Shown piece after piece: positions 19,743 to 29,710 of a DNA stretch of 53,999 bases. The translations under genes and the position numbers were made by a program. The DNA is taken from positions 1 through 53,999 of IMG/VR virus record IMGVR_UViG_3300031519_000026. One strand, given 5' to 3'. Under the pieces are notes generated by a model. It searched no databases. It was not told where the DNA came from and saw nothing but the letters and a program-made list of their open reading frames with translations. This DNA comes from a virus. Taxonomy: Duplodnaviria > Caudoviricetes. Each line of letters opens with the position of its first letter. The first letter of the stretch is position 1.

Positions 19743-19913
19743 ATGAATATGTACACAAAAGCAATTATCTCTCTCTTCAATGTTAGCGAAGAAGTTGCAA
19801 AAACAATTCAGTTTCAGATGGAATGCTCTGATTTCGATTTTTCTGAAGCTACTAACAAGCAGTTCAAGCAAGAAGCAGAATTTGCAATGATGGACCTTGG
19901 CCTCGTAGTATAA
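19743..19913 (+). CDS. 56-aa acidic hypothetical protein (not in ORF track)
   Basis: MNMYTKAIISLFNVSEEVAKTIQFQMECSDFDFSEATNKQFKQEAEFAMMDLGLVV; AAGGA RBS; promoter upstream; fills the intergenic gap. Confidence 0.7.
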   Translation: MNMYTKAIISLFNVSEEVAKTIQFQMECSDFDFSEATNKQFKQEAEFAMMDLGLVV

Positions 19914-19916
19914 ATA
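19909..19916 (+). promoter_or_regulatory. T4-type late promoter for the + strand radical-SAM operon
   Basis: TATAAATA overlapping the stop of the 56-aa ORF, ~25 nt before the cupin start. Confidence 0.7.
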
Positions 19917-19941
19917 CATTTATATTATGAGGAAGGTGACT

Positions 19942-20406
19942 ATGATTTTTCAAGACTTTGAAAACTTCTTATTAACAGAAGAATGTTTTGATAATCACGA
20001 TGTTTCCGTCATCGACAAAGACGGGCTTCAACACTATCTAAATACAAACAACGAAGACTATATGACTTATCTTGCTGTTATTTCGCTCGAGATTGGCGTC
20101 TGGGCGAAAACAATAAAAGTTGAGCAAATAGAAAAATGGTTTGATTATAACGATAGAACTGCACATGCATTTTATAACCAAGTGAACAGCGGAACTTTTA
20201 GTGTACATACCGACCCTGTTGATGTTATAATAGAATGTTTGGACGGCAGAAAATATATGGAAGTTGAAGGTAAAGAAATAATCTTAGAACCACACGACAC
20301 TCTCCTCATACCAGCAAATACCGAGCACAGAGCGCTCAACAAAGAAAAGGCATTGATGATATCATATGGCATTAACGACACAGAAACATTTAGTCGTATA
20401 CGTTAA
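19942..20406 (+). CDS. Cupin/JmjC-like Fe-dependent oxygenase (minimal)
   Basis: F..HTD..DV......G.K and L.P.D.L.IP....H.A, giving an HxD...H triad; GAGGAAGG RBS (alternative start 19927). Confidence 0.7.
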   Translation: MIFQDFENFLLTEECFDNHDVSVIDKDGLQHYLNTNNEDYMTYLAVISLEIGVWAKTIKVEQIEKWFDYNDRTAHAFYNQVNSGTFSVHTDPVDVIIECLDGRKYMEVEGKEIILEPHDTLLIPANTEHRALNKEKALMISYGINDTETFSRIR

Positions 20407-21394
20407 AACGACTGAAACGTGCAATCTAGATTGTAGTCATTGTTTTACTTCGGGATCAAAAGGACGTAAAATCTATTTTGATGCAAAGAAGACTGCTGAA
20501 TGGTGCAACGAACTTCAGACAGATGATAACCAAATTCATTTTGAATATCATGGTGGTGAGCCTATTCTTGCGCCAATGAAAGACTTAATGGAGTTCTATA
20601 ATATCACAAAAGAAAAATGGGGTGATAGATGTACACACGGTATTACTACTAATCTAGTTTACAAACTTACTGACGAAAGACTCGAATTTCTTAAAATGCT
20701 AGACTCTGGTTCTATTGGAACATCTTGGGATCCGAACATTCGTTTTAGTAATGAGAAGCAACGCAAGCTTTGGGAAGATAATGTTAAACGTTTAGTTGCA
20801 GAAGGCTGTTTTGTAAAGTGCTTTATATCGGTATCTAAAGACGTCGTAAAAATGAATCCTATTGAAATATCTGATTATATGCATTCTCTTGGTATAGAAG
20901 CTATTAACTATGAACGTTTAACCCACGACGGTAATGCTACGATTAACACAGATATATTCCCACATAATTCTGAGCTTGACGCATTTTGGATGAGAGTTCA
21001 TGAAACAACAGCTGATCATCCTGTATACGACAGTTATATGAATACAGTGTATGATAAGTTTAGTAAAGGTCAATTCTTCAATGGTACGTTCTGTCGTGAT
21101 TGCGAGCAGAAAATTCATACAATTAATGCTGATGGTACTGTAGCTGGTTGTCCTAATACTGCTCCTACACAATGGTACGGCGATATTAGTATGCCTGCTA
21201 AAACTGTTAGACAAAGTCCGAAGAGAATGGAAGTTATAGCATGCGAAACTCATGAACGAGATCCAAGATGTTACGACTGTCCTGTTTTTATATATTGCCA
21301 TTCAGATTGTCATCAATTACAATGGATGGGAGATGTATGTCCAGCACCTAAGACTCTAATGCTTAAGCTTGCAAAGGATAAAGGATGGATTTAA
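20366..21394 (+). CDS. Radical SAM/SPASM protein (rSAM-A1)
   Basis: CNLDCSHC, HGGEP, SPASM-type CRDC..DG.V.GCP..CYDC-x5-C-x3-C..C. Confidence 0.92.
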   Translation: MALTTQKHLVVYVKTTETCNLDCSHCFTSGSKGRKIYFDAKKTAEWCNELQTDDNQIHFEYHGGEPILAPMKDLMEFYNITKEKWGDRCTHGITTNLVYKLTDERLEFLKMLDSGSIGTSWDPNIRFSNEKQRKLWEDNVKRLVAEGCFVKCFISVSKDVVKMNPIEISDYMHSLGIEAINYERLTHDGNATINTDIFPHNSELDAFWMRVHETTADHPVYDSYMNTVYDKFSKGQFFNGTFCRDCEQKIHTINADGTVAGCPNTAPTQWYGDISMPAKTVRQSPKRMEVIACETHERDPRCYDCPVFIYCHSDCHQLQWMGDVCPAPKTLMLKLAKDKGWI

Positions 21395-22422
21395 TTATTA
21401 AGCCAACTGAGGCTTGTAACTTTAAATGTACTTTCTGTTCATCAACAGATATAGATCCAAATGAAGTTGGGTTGTTAGATTTAGAATTTATCTTTAGATT
21501 TCTAAAGCGGTATCCTGATACAAATACGATCATTGTTAATGGTGGAGATCCTCTTATGGTCAAGCCTCAGTACTATTGGGATCTGATTAATCACCTCGAT
21601 GAACACGATTATCCGGCATCAATTAGCTTTACTTCTAATCTTTGGCCATTCTTAATGCGACCCGAGAAATGGTTGCCTATCTTTAAAAACGAAAGGTTTG
21701 GTTGTGCTACGTCATTCCAATATGGAGGCGGCAGGTTAAAGGGAGATTACTCAGAGTTTACAGAAGCTGATTTTTGGATGGTTTCAAATGCAATGTTAAA
21801 ACACACTGGTGAACGTCCAGACTTTATAGCTGTAATAACTGATGAGAATGAGCATCTCGCTATAAAAAACGTTGAGCTTGCTAAGGAAATGGGCGTTGAG
21901 TGTAAACTCAATTATGCTATGGCATCTGGTGTTCAAGGTTCCACATATCAGCTAAGCAAAATTTATGAAACATATCTAGAAATATATGACCGTGGATTAG
22001 CAGAATATGAATATAACACCAAACAAATGATAAAAAGATTAGGTGGTTCAGCTACCTCTTGCCCACAAAACAGATTATGCGATACTGGCATTCGTGCCTT
22101 TAACCCAGGCGGCGATTATTATTCTTGCGGTTCTTTTGCTGATGATATGGATTATCCAATTGATTTTGAAGAAGAAATGAATGGTGAAATGCAAACACCG
22201 TTACAAAATGATCCTAATATCCAAACAATGAAAATGGCTTGCTATACTTGCCCTATGTTTGAAATATGCAATGGATGTAAAAAGACAGTACGTGATATGA
22301 AAAGAGAAGGCACTGCAGAAGAGCATTGTCGTAGAATGAAAACACTCGCTCCAAGAATACTTGCTACGAACGGAATGGGTCCAGATATGGTGACGCCTTA
22401 TGTTGATGAATCTATCAATTAA
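21385..22422 (+). CDS. Radical SAM/SPASM protein (rSAM-A2)
   Basis: IIKPTEACNFKCTFC, GGDP, C..C..GDYYSC..CYTC-x5-CNGC..C. Confidence 0.92.
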   Translation: MDLIIKPTEACNFKCTFCSSTDIDPNEVGLLDLEFIFRFLKRYPDTNTIIVNGGDPLMVKPQYYWDLINHLDEHDYPASISFTSNLWPFLMRPEKWLPIFKNERFGCATSFQYGGGRLKGDYSEFTEADFWMVSNAMLKHTGERPDFIAVITDENEHLAIKNVELAKEMGVECKLNYAMASGVQGSTYQLSKIYETYLEIYDRGLAEYEYNTKQMIKRLGGSATSCPQNRLCDTGIRAFNPGGDYYSCGSFADDMDYPIDFEEEMNGEMQTPLQNDPNIQTMKMACYTCPMFEICNGCKKTVRDMKREGTAEEHCRRMKTLAPRILATNGMGPDMVTPYVDESIN

Positions 22423-23314
22423 TCCTACGTATTATTGTAACTTCGCGTGCGATTTCTGTTACCTTACTACTGCACAGTTAAATGATAGACATAAGATAAC
22501 ACCTTTGTGGTTAGAACATAACCTACAACAAATTACTGACGAGATTGGTCATGTTGATTTGTATGGCGGAGAGATTGGATTACTAACACCAGAGTATTAC
22601 TATTCGCTTAAAAAGGTGATTAAAAGATACTATGGTGGTACTATTAATATCAATACTAACTTATCAGCATTTCCAGATTTCTTTAGAGATGACGATGTAA
22701 CGTTATCTGTATCATATGATTTTCACGCAAGGGAAAAAGAACAACATGTTTTAAATAACATGATGAATGCAAACAAAGATTTGTCTGTGCTTATATTGGC
22801 ATCACCAAAGGTTTTAGAGATGGATGTTGAGTTTATGATCTTTACTTTAAACATGGTTTCTAATGTTAAGTCTGTAGAAATTAAACCATATTCTGTTAAT
22901 CAAGCAAATCAACACGAAGTTACGCACAAAGACTTTGAAGATTTTGTCATTAAGTTTGATGAAGCTAAAACAGAAAAGAAATTTAACTTTCAAAATATAG
23001 ATAATATATACGATAGTATAGAAGGAAAGTACGATGCTTTCTCAAACGATCATGTTTATATCACACCAAACGGTAAATACGGCGTGCTTGAATTCGATAA
23101 ATATGATAGAGAATACTTTAAAGAGTATAACACGTATTATGAATATAAGACTTGGGCACGTGAAGAACCCGATAAAAACTTGTCTGATATATGTAAGAAG
23201 TGTAAATATTATGGCAGTTGTTTAACAGAACACTATCGATATGTTAAAGATTTGACTAATAGTTGTAATGGATATAAAGGTTTATTGGAATATTATGAAA
23301 GAATGGAAAGCTAG
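22400..23314 (+). CDS. Radical SAM protein with partial SPASM (rSAM-A3)
   Basis: CNFACDFC, YGGEI, C-terminal CKKC-x5-C..C. Confidence 0.9.
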   Translation: MLMNLSINPTYYCNFACDFCYLTTAQLNDRHKITPLWLEHNLQQITDEIGHVDLYGGEIGLLTPEYYYSLKKVIKRYYGGTININTNLSAFPDFFRDDDVTLSVSYDFHAREKEQHVLNNMMNANKDLSVLILASPKVLEMDVEFMIFTLNMVSNVKSVEIKPYSVNQANQHEVTHKDFEDFVIKFDEAKTEKKFNFQNIDNIYDSIEGKYDAFSNDHVYITPNGKYGVLEFDKYDREYFKEYNTYYEYKTWAREEPDKNLSDICKKCKYYGSCLTEHYRYVKDLTNSCNGYKGLLEYYERMES

Positions 23315-23693
23315 ACAAAGCGCATATCATTTAACAGCATCGTTGTTTAAAGATGATTTAACAGATGTTGATGTTAATTGGCAACCTGATTTAACAGTTG
23401 AATTTGCTTTAACTCATTTCAAAGAATATGTAGATGAATGGATTTATCCTGCAAAGTCATATGTAGTTGCTATATGCTATGCTCATTGGCTGAGCAGAGA
23501 TTTTAAAGAAGACTTTTATGAAGCATTGAATGATCCAGAGTTACTATTCAATAATGATCCGCATTTTATACCTTACTGGCAAGACAAAGAAACTTATGAT
23601 GCCATACTTTCTGAGCTAGACTTTAACGAAAAGCTTGGTATGGTACCTGACATATACGAATACTATAAAGAGGAAATGTTGTTTGGACTTTAG
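23295..23693 (+). CDS. Hypothetical acidic/aromatic protein within the rSAM operon
   Basis: ORF overlaps both flanking rSAM genes; no motif recognised. Confidence 0.65.
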   Translation: MKEWKARQSAYHLTASLFKDDLTDVDVNWQPDLTVEFALTHFKEYVDEWIYPAKSYVVAICYAHWLSRDFKEDFYEALNDPELLFNNDPHFIPYWQDKETYDAILSELDFNEKLGMVPDIYEYYKEEMLFGL

Positions 23694-24759
23694 CTTCACT
23701 AAGCAAATACTAGAGAGTAAGCGACCAGACATCGCTGAGATTGAGATGACGTTGTTTGAAAACTGTCATCTCAACTGTTCGTTTTGTCATCACGATAAGA
23801 AGTCAACTGTTGGTTTATCACGGGAAGCAATATTCTCTAAGATCCCATTAGTTGAAGAACATGTTATTAAAATGAAAGGTCGTGCAGACGTCATTCAAAT
23901 TAATATGCTTGGCGGTGAACTATTCCAAGACAGAATATCAGAATGGGCTTACGATGTTTACTATGATTTTATGGTAGAGATTAAAAAGATCTATGATGAA
24001 CATAAACAAAAGATTAAAGTTGTATGGGTAACATCATTTCAGTTTAGTAAACGAGATAGGGTTCAGAAACTTCTCGACGATTTAAACGCTATTGATATTC
24101 CATCATATATTATTTGTTCATATGATTTTGACGGTAGACCAACAAAGGGTCCATACGCTAAGAACATAGAATATTTCTCAGATTATATTACATCAATTAA
24201 CATGGTTGCTACGACATTAAGCATTAGAAAGTTTATGGCAGATGAGGATGAATACTTCCATTATCTGTACGATAAGTTTGATAACTTTTACTTTGATGAT
24301 TATATTCCTGACCGCGGACATGATCATATGATACCATCAGATAGTGAGTACCTCGAGTTTTTAAAATTCGTATACCATAACTATCCTGACATTAATCCTA
24401 TCAAAGATCTTATATATAATGATAGTAACCACATGCATTGCTTAGCTTTAAATAAGGTTACGATCTTTCCAGATAATTCTACATCTAATTGTAGATGGGA
24501 TAGATATGATCAAAGAGATTTTAATACGAAGTACGAGCCAAAAGATAATGCTGGCATGATGCAGGCATACATGGACGAGAACGGTTGCCTGTCTTGCCAA
24601 TGGTACAACAAGTGTGGATTTAGATGTTACACACAATGGGATTGGAAGAATAGAGAACGTGATTTGCCAGATTGTATTATGAGAATGTGGTTTAATTACA
24701 TGGACAAAACAGGACAAAACAAAATTACAGGATTTGATTATGAAAAAACTAAAAATTAA
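23683..24759 (+). CDS. Radical SAM/SPASM protein (rSAM-A4)
   Basis: CHLNCSFC, LGGEL, C..C..CLSC-x5-C-x3-C..C; probable TTG start after GAGG. Confidence 0.9.
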   Translation: MDFSFTKQILESKRPDIAEIEMTLFENCHLNCSFCHHDKKSTVGLSREAIFSKIPLVEEHVIKMKGRADVIQINMLGGELFQDRISEWAYDVYYDFMVEIKKIYDEHKQKIKVVWVTSFQFSKRDRVQKLLDDLNAIDIPSYIICSYDFDGRPTKGPYAKNIEYFSDYITSINMVATTLSIRKFMADEDEYFHYLYDKFDNFYFDDYIPDRGHDHMIPSDSEYLEFLKFVYHNYPDINPIKDLIYNDSNHMHCLALNKVTIFPDNSTSNCRWDRYDQRDFNTKYEPKDNAGMMQAYMDENGCLSCQWYNKCGFRCYTQWDWKNRERDLPDCIMRMWFNYMDKTGQNKITGFDYEKTKN

Positions 24760-25453
24760 CGCATACACCCACAGTAAACAAGTTTATGAATATCAACCCA
24801 TTGTTACTAAACAATGGAAACCTACTTGGTGGAAAAACTTAACGACTATGTACAAGATATACCATAGCAAATCTGGCGTCATGGTACCAACACCCACAGT
24901 AAAAGCTTGTCCTGGGATTACACAATATATGCAAAAAGCTATTATCATGCGCATGTGGTCTGATGTTATTCTGAAGATTAAACCAGACGGAAAAGTTACG
25001 AGTGTTGCTCCATTACATAATCTCAACGCAGTATCATCTGGTATTCACGAAAAAGCTCAATACGGAGATGGTTTGTATCCAGGATTTACGGTCTGCAAGC
25101 TTGAATCTCCGTGGTACTTCTTAGCATCAGATGATACGAGTTTTATGAACACTGAATATCATTATGATGAATCTTTAAGAAAACATGGAATACAAATAGC
25201 ACCAGGAATTCTTAATTTTAAAGACCAACACGCAACTAATATATTTTTATTGATACCTCTTAAAGACGAAGAGTATGAAATAGAGCTAAAATTCGGTCAA
25301 CCGTTGATGGCGCTTTTCCCCATGACTGATAAGCAAGTTGAAATCAAAAATCATTATGTTAAAGATCCGGTGGAATGGAATGAATTGAACAACATTTTCC
25401 CAAATACGTTCTTAGGTCGCTATTACGCCGGGAAACACGCACGAAACAAGTGA
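24740..25453 (+). CDS. Hypothetical protein (TxKxCPG motif)
   Basis: P.WWK, TVKACPGI, K..SPW, PGI..F, G.PL..L.P pattern; AGGA RBS. Confidence 0.6.
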   Translation: MKKLKINAYTHSKQVYEYQPIVTKQWKPTWWKNLTTMYKIYHSKSGVMVPTPTVKACPGITQYMQKAIIMRMWSDVILKIKPDGKVTSVAPLHNLNAVSSGIHEKAQYGDGLYPGFTVCKLESPWYFLASDDTSFMNTEYHYDESLRKHGIQIAPGILNFKDQHATNIFLLIPLKDEEYEIELKFGQPLMALFPMTDKQVEIKNHYVKDPVEWNELNNIFPNTFLGRYYAGKHARNK

Positions 25454-26431
25454 GTGATGTTCCATATAACTTAGTACACCTTTATCAATACAGGTCATCA
25501 TGTTAGGGCAGGAGCCACAATTAATTGTTTCATTTGAGTACGTTAATTGTTTCATAAAATGGAACGATTTGGCTTCTGTCCACGACTCAATATCATTCTC
25601 ATCTTTAACTTGGAATTCATCAGTACCTATTAAAGCGATGTCATATACGAATGGTGTCCAAAAGAAACGTTCGTTGCAGTAAGTATAGTTTAGTTCTAGC
25701 GAACCGCCTTGTGCTTGGTCAATAAATGTTTTAGGCATAAGATCATCTGAGAAATCATAGCCTTTCCATTTTTCAATTAAATGTTTTTGAACTTTAGATT
25801 TTGGTGCTCTAAAGAACGATGGGTTTAGTGTAAGGATTGAATCAAACCTATCCTCAACAAGTTCAGACATTTCAAGCACTTTAGAATTGTACTCGTCATC
25901 ATTACCCATGTTATAAACCATATAATAATTTAGATCATCTGTAAATCCATTCAGAAGGTCTAATCGCTCTTCTACCCAATCCCAATTTACAGGAGGTTGC
26001 AGCGCAATATTAGCGTCATACATAAATCCATCTATTTTAGGGATGCTGTTAAGTAGTTCAATAACTTCTTGCGAAATGCTTGTTAGGGTTGTTACGAATT
26101 GTATAGTAGAAACCTTGCTTAAACACTCTCGAAATGTTTCGTCTTTTAATAACTCAATAACATTGTTATTACCAAATAAATCAGTAGGACCAATATTAAT
26201 TGTTGATACTCTATAACCATTCTTATTGAATAGATCAATCGCGTTGTTTAGTCTGTCGTATGATCCCATGTTTGAGCCAAGTTTATTAACAAAACAACCT
26301 TTGCATTTAAACTCGCACCCCGATAATACTTCACAATTAAATTGTATCTTGATCTCATGTCCTTCATTAAAAGACAGATCAAAATCCTTGTCAGCTTGTG
26401 CTGCACGTTTATTGTTAGTAACTATTCCCAT
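25412..26431 (-). CDS. Atypical radical SAM protein, GPTD type (rSAM-B5)
   Basis: GCEFKCKGCF, IGPTDLF, C-terminal CGSC-x5-C..C. Confidence 0.8.
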   Translation of the reverse strand: MGIVTNNKRAAQADKDFDLSFNEGHEIKIQFNCEVLSGCEFKCKGCFVNKLGSNMGSYDRLNNAIDLFNKNGYRVSTINIGPTDLFGNNNVIELLKDETFRECLSKVSTIQFVTTLTSISQEVIELLNSIPKIDGFMYDANIALQPPVNWDWVEERLDLLNGFTDDLNYYMVYNMGNDDEYNSKVLEMSELVEDRFDSILTLNPSFFRAPKSKVQKHLIEKWKGYDFSDDLMPKTFIDQAQGGSLELNYTYCNERFFWTPFVYDIALIGTDEFQVKDENDIESWTEAKSFHFMKQLTYSNETINCGSCPNMMTCIDKGVLSYMEHHSLVSCVFPGVIAT

Positions 26432-27554
26432 GATAAACCTCATCATCATATAAACCAATCACATCTTTATTTAAGATGCATTCTTTTCTTCCATCAAACA
26501 CTGTATCCATAATCATCGGAACCATTCTATTCGCACATATGTTTAGATACTTGCAACTACCACATTCTTTATCAGAACTTTGTTCTATTTGATCGTTTAC
26601 AACCTTATTCTTTTTGTTTAGAATAGAATCAACTATATTACCATCAATGTTTACTTTGAAAGCATCGTTGTGTAATTGAGCATTCTCATATATGAATGGC
26701 GACATATACATATTGCCTTGGTGTAAACTCACTACCGAATAGTTAAATGCTTTGTGTGAAACGTCACCTTGTAAAAAATGAAACTTGTTTTTGAAACGAT
26801 GTTGGTCTATTGCTAAGCGTGTTAGCATATCATTCCATTCGAAGAGTTTGTCACCGTGTTTTGCGCTATGGTTAAATGAACGAACTACTGATGGTAATAC
26901 TTCAATTACTGTTTCATATTTTGAACGAACGAAATCTATAGCAGGGTACAATATATCCTCTACACCATGTACGATATTAGTAGCCATACTTATTTCAAAG
27001 TTTAAAGAACTATTCTTAAAAGTTTCAATTCTTTCGTCTAATGCATTTAAGTATTCTTGATCATTCATTAAACGGTTCAAGTCTAGTGCAATCTGCACAT
27101 CCCAAGCCTCAACAACCTTACCTAACGGTGATTCTTCGATAGCTTTAATTTTGCCTTGAATGTCTTTTTCTGATAATGAGCCAAGTATAGAACAGTTATG
27201 TTGGATGTTTCTATTATCTTTTGGCATCATTAGTATGGCATCTGCAAGTCTTGGGTTATTGATAATGTCTATGAGATTTTCTGCACCGTAGAAATCAGTT
27301 GGTCCTATTACAATATCGTCTAATACAACATCTTCTCTGTCTTTTAATTCATATGATAATTCGTGAAATAAGCTGATTGATTTTGGGTTCCAATTACCAC
27401 GGCGTTTAACAAAACAACCTGGACACATATAAGAACAACCTTCAAGAATTTCTAGATTTACTTGAATTTTGTACTGCTTCATACTGTCTACTGAAGTAAA
27501 CTCTTCACCAATACCGCCACCGCTTACGATGTCTTTCCATTCATTATTTAACAT
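26415..27554 (-). CDS. Atypical radical SAM protein, GPTD type (rSAM-B4)
   Basis: GCSYMCPGCF, IGPTDFY, CGSC-x5-C..C. Confidence 0.8.
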   Translation of the reverse strand: MLNNEWKDIVSGGGIGEEFTSVDSMKQYKIQVNLEILEGCSYMCPGCFVKRRGNWNPKSISLFHELSYELKDREDVVLDDIVIGPTDFYGAENLIDIINNPRLADAILMMPKDNRNIQHNCSILGSLSEKDIQGKIKAIEESPLGKVVEAWDVQIALDLNRLMNDQEYLNALDERIETFKNSSLNFEISMATNIVHGVEDILYPAIDFVRSKYETVIEVLPSVVRSFNHSAKHGDKLFEWNDMLTRLAIDQHRFKNKFHFLQGDVSHKAFNYSVVSLHQGNMYMSPFIYENAQLHNDAFKVNIDGNIVDSILNKKNKVVNDQIEQSSDKECGSCKYLNICANRMVPMIMDTVFDGRKECILNKDVIGLYDDEVYHGNSY

Positions 27555-28701
27555 ACGATATGTCCTTAATTCTTTCTAATTCTGGGTCATCATCTTCAGT
27601 AACCAAAAACTTTTTACGATAACCTTGCTTGTCGTTCTCTACTGAATAACCATCCCACTTATACATTGTCTGAGCAGGTCCATTATAATTATGTATGTTA
27701 TTTAGCATATTTTCTTTTGGAGCAATACAACGATCAACTCCAAGGTAATCTCTAAGCATTATGATTTTTCTATTATAACAACTGAAAAACAGAGGACAAT
27801 CTTCGCATTCTGTACCCTTAGCTCTTTGTATTTGTTCTTCAACCATAACATTAACGTCATTAAAGTCATCTACAAGAAACATTGGATCATATATGGCCAT
27901 GTTCTCGTACATGAACGGGCTAAGATACCATTCTCCGCGTTTATAGTTTAGAACTGTGTAATTCATTCCAGCATGAGAATGATCTATCATAATATTATTG
28001 AGTTTTGATTCTCTGTGCCACGTATTAAAATAATCGTTAAATTCATCTAACGTTTTTAAAATTATATTAGCTTTGTGAGAACGAGAGACAGAAGGAATGA
28101 AATCTAAGATTGTATCAAACTTTTCTACAGCGTGTGCATGCAATGCAGTGTAATCTAAACCGTAATCTTTAATGTTTACAACGAATGTATAGGTTACTTC
28201 ATGTTTCAGGTTCTGATCTATATAGTATAGCATATCTGATATGTGTTGTACATAGTCTTCTTTAAAAAACTTATGAGGATTTGTTGCAATACCTATTTCA
28301 ATTTCTGTATTAATATTTACATTATCTGTAATATATTCGCAAAAACCTTCTATGTCTCCATCGATAAGAGTTGACACGAACGCAAGAATGGGATTGTTCT
28401 CATTAATAATATCTAATAATTCTGGCATCACTTCATAGAAGTTTTCAGATGCAAGAAAGTCTGTAGGTCCTATTAAAATCTCATCAACCAATATACCTTG
28501 GTCAGTAATGCTGCGAATAAATTCTTTAGCTTTGTTTAACTGGTGCTTGTCACTACTGTTTCCACGTCTATGCACGAAGCATCCTGGGCACTTGTGATGG
28601 CATCCGTCTAAAACGTCTAGCTGTATCTTAACCGCTGATACAGGCTTTGTCTGAGTCTCTGTGGTCATCTCATAGTATAGGTTATTCTTAATTAGAGGCA
28701 T
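27544..28701 (-). CDS. Atypical radical SAM protein, GPTD type (rSAM-B3)
   Basis: GCHHKCPGCF, IGPTDFL, CEDC-x5-C..C. Confidence 0.8.
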   Translation of the reverse strand: MPLIKNNLYYEMTTETQTKPVSAVKIQLDVLDGCHHKCPGCFVHRRGNSSDKHQLNKAKEFIRSITDQGILVDEILIGPTDFLASENFYEVMPELLDIINENNPILAFVSTLIDGDIEGFCEYITDNVNINTEIEIGIATNPHKFFKEDYVQHISDMLYYIDQNLKHEVTYTFVVNIKDYGLDYTALHAHAVEKFDTILDFIPSVSRSHKANIILKTLDEFNDYFNTWHRESKLNNIMIDHSHAGMNYTVLNYKRGEWYLSPFMYENMAIYDPMFLVDDFNDVNVMVEEQIQRAKGTECEDCPLFFSCYNRKIIMLRDYLGVDRCIAPKENMLNNIHNYNGPAQTMYKWDGYSVENDKQGYRKKFLVTEDDDPELERIKDISYVK

Positions 28702-29710
28702 ACATGTATTCCTTCAATGCAACACACGTGTCTAATCCTCTCGACTCCATATACAAATGAACGTTACGTTCTGCACAACTCATCATATATTCACAACCAT
28801 TGCAGTCGTCGACTTGCTGCGCATACTCTATATTATCGTACAAAGTGTTAGCATCCATATCTGTTTCGAATTGAGGTGTGCGTTGGATAATCACATCATA
28901 TAAGAACGGATTAATATAAAGTTTGTTATTATAAAAACTGTAGTTCTGACATCCGTAACCATTAAACTTTGCGTCAAAGAACGTATATAGGTTTAACCAT
29001 CGTTTATCTATCTTTTGCTCAACCATTTCACGTCTAAAGTTTTCAAGATGTTGGCTTACCTTTCCTCTTACGTTTCTATCTGTGAGAAACGAAGGTGTAA
29101 TAACAACAGGAGCATTAAAGTCATCAAATACTCTTTGTGCTAATTCGTTATACGAAATTCTTTTAAATATATCTTTATGATAATTGACTCGGAACTGTAC
29201 TGATCCAAGTTTAAATAACTCAAGATTCTTGTAGAAGTCATCGAGATCACCGTCTAAATATTTGTTAATATCTAAAACAATTTTAAAGTCAATGTCTGGC
29301 ACTCTGTGGATATTTCTATATAAACTCCAAATAACAGCCAATTTTTCTTTGATTAGCATATAAGGTTGTGTCAAAGCAGATGAAAATCCTATAGCTGATA
29401 TGCCGTACAATTTTTCCATATAAGGGTGATACATTATATCGTTAAAGTTCTCTGCGTCAAATATGTCTGTAGGTCCGACAGTGATTTCGTCAGGATGATA
29501 CTGCCCCTTTATAAGCAAGTTATAAAGAGTTTCTAAATTATCTGCTTTTGTTAAATTCTTTCGTGGTATGAAACAACCTGGACACATCTGGCTACAACCA
29601 TGTAAAATATCTAGATTAATTTCTGTCCTCAAAAAATCTGTGTTTATAGGACTTTTGTCTTCGTCGTAAGAATAATAACCAGCATAGGTGCTATTCAGGT
29701 GGACTATCAT
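28688..29710 (-). CDS. Atypical radical SAM protein, GPTD type (rSAM-B2)
   Basis: GCSQMCPGCF, VGPTDIF, CNGC-x5-C..C. Confidence 0.8.
   Translation of the reverse strand: MIVHLNSTYAGYYSYDEDKSPINTDFLRTEINLDILHGCSQMCPGCFIPRKNLTKADNLETLYNLLIKGQYHPDEITVGPTDIFDAENFNDIMYHPYMEKLYGISAIGFSSALTQPYMLIKEKLAVIWSLYRNIHRVPDIDFKIVLDINKYLDGDLDDFYKNLELFKLGSVQFRVNYHKDIFKRISYNELAQRVFDDFNAPVVITPSFLTDRNVRGKVSQHLENFRREMVEQKIDKRWLNLYTFFDAKFNGYGCQNYSFYNNKLYINPFLYDVIIQRTPQFETDMDANTLYDNIEYAQQVDDCNGCEYMMSCAERNVHLYMESRGLDTCVALKEYMYASN

Noticed and set aside
19737-19919. 60-aa minus-strand ORF from the track
   Set aside because: Antisense shadow of the 56-aa + strand ORF, which has an RBS and a promoter
21295-21313. CHSDCH in rSAM-A1 resembling the precursor CHSSCH motif
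   Set aside because: It is the standard SPASM CxxC-x5-C-x3-C ligand spacing; the similarity is probably coincidental
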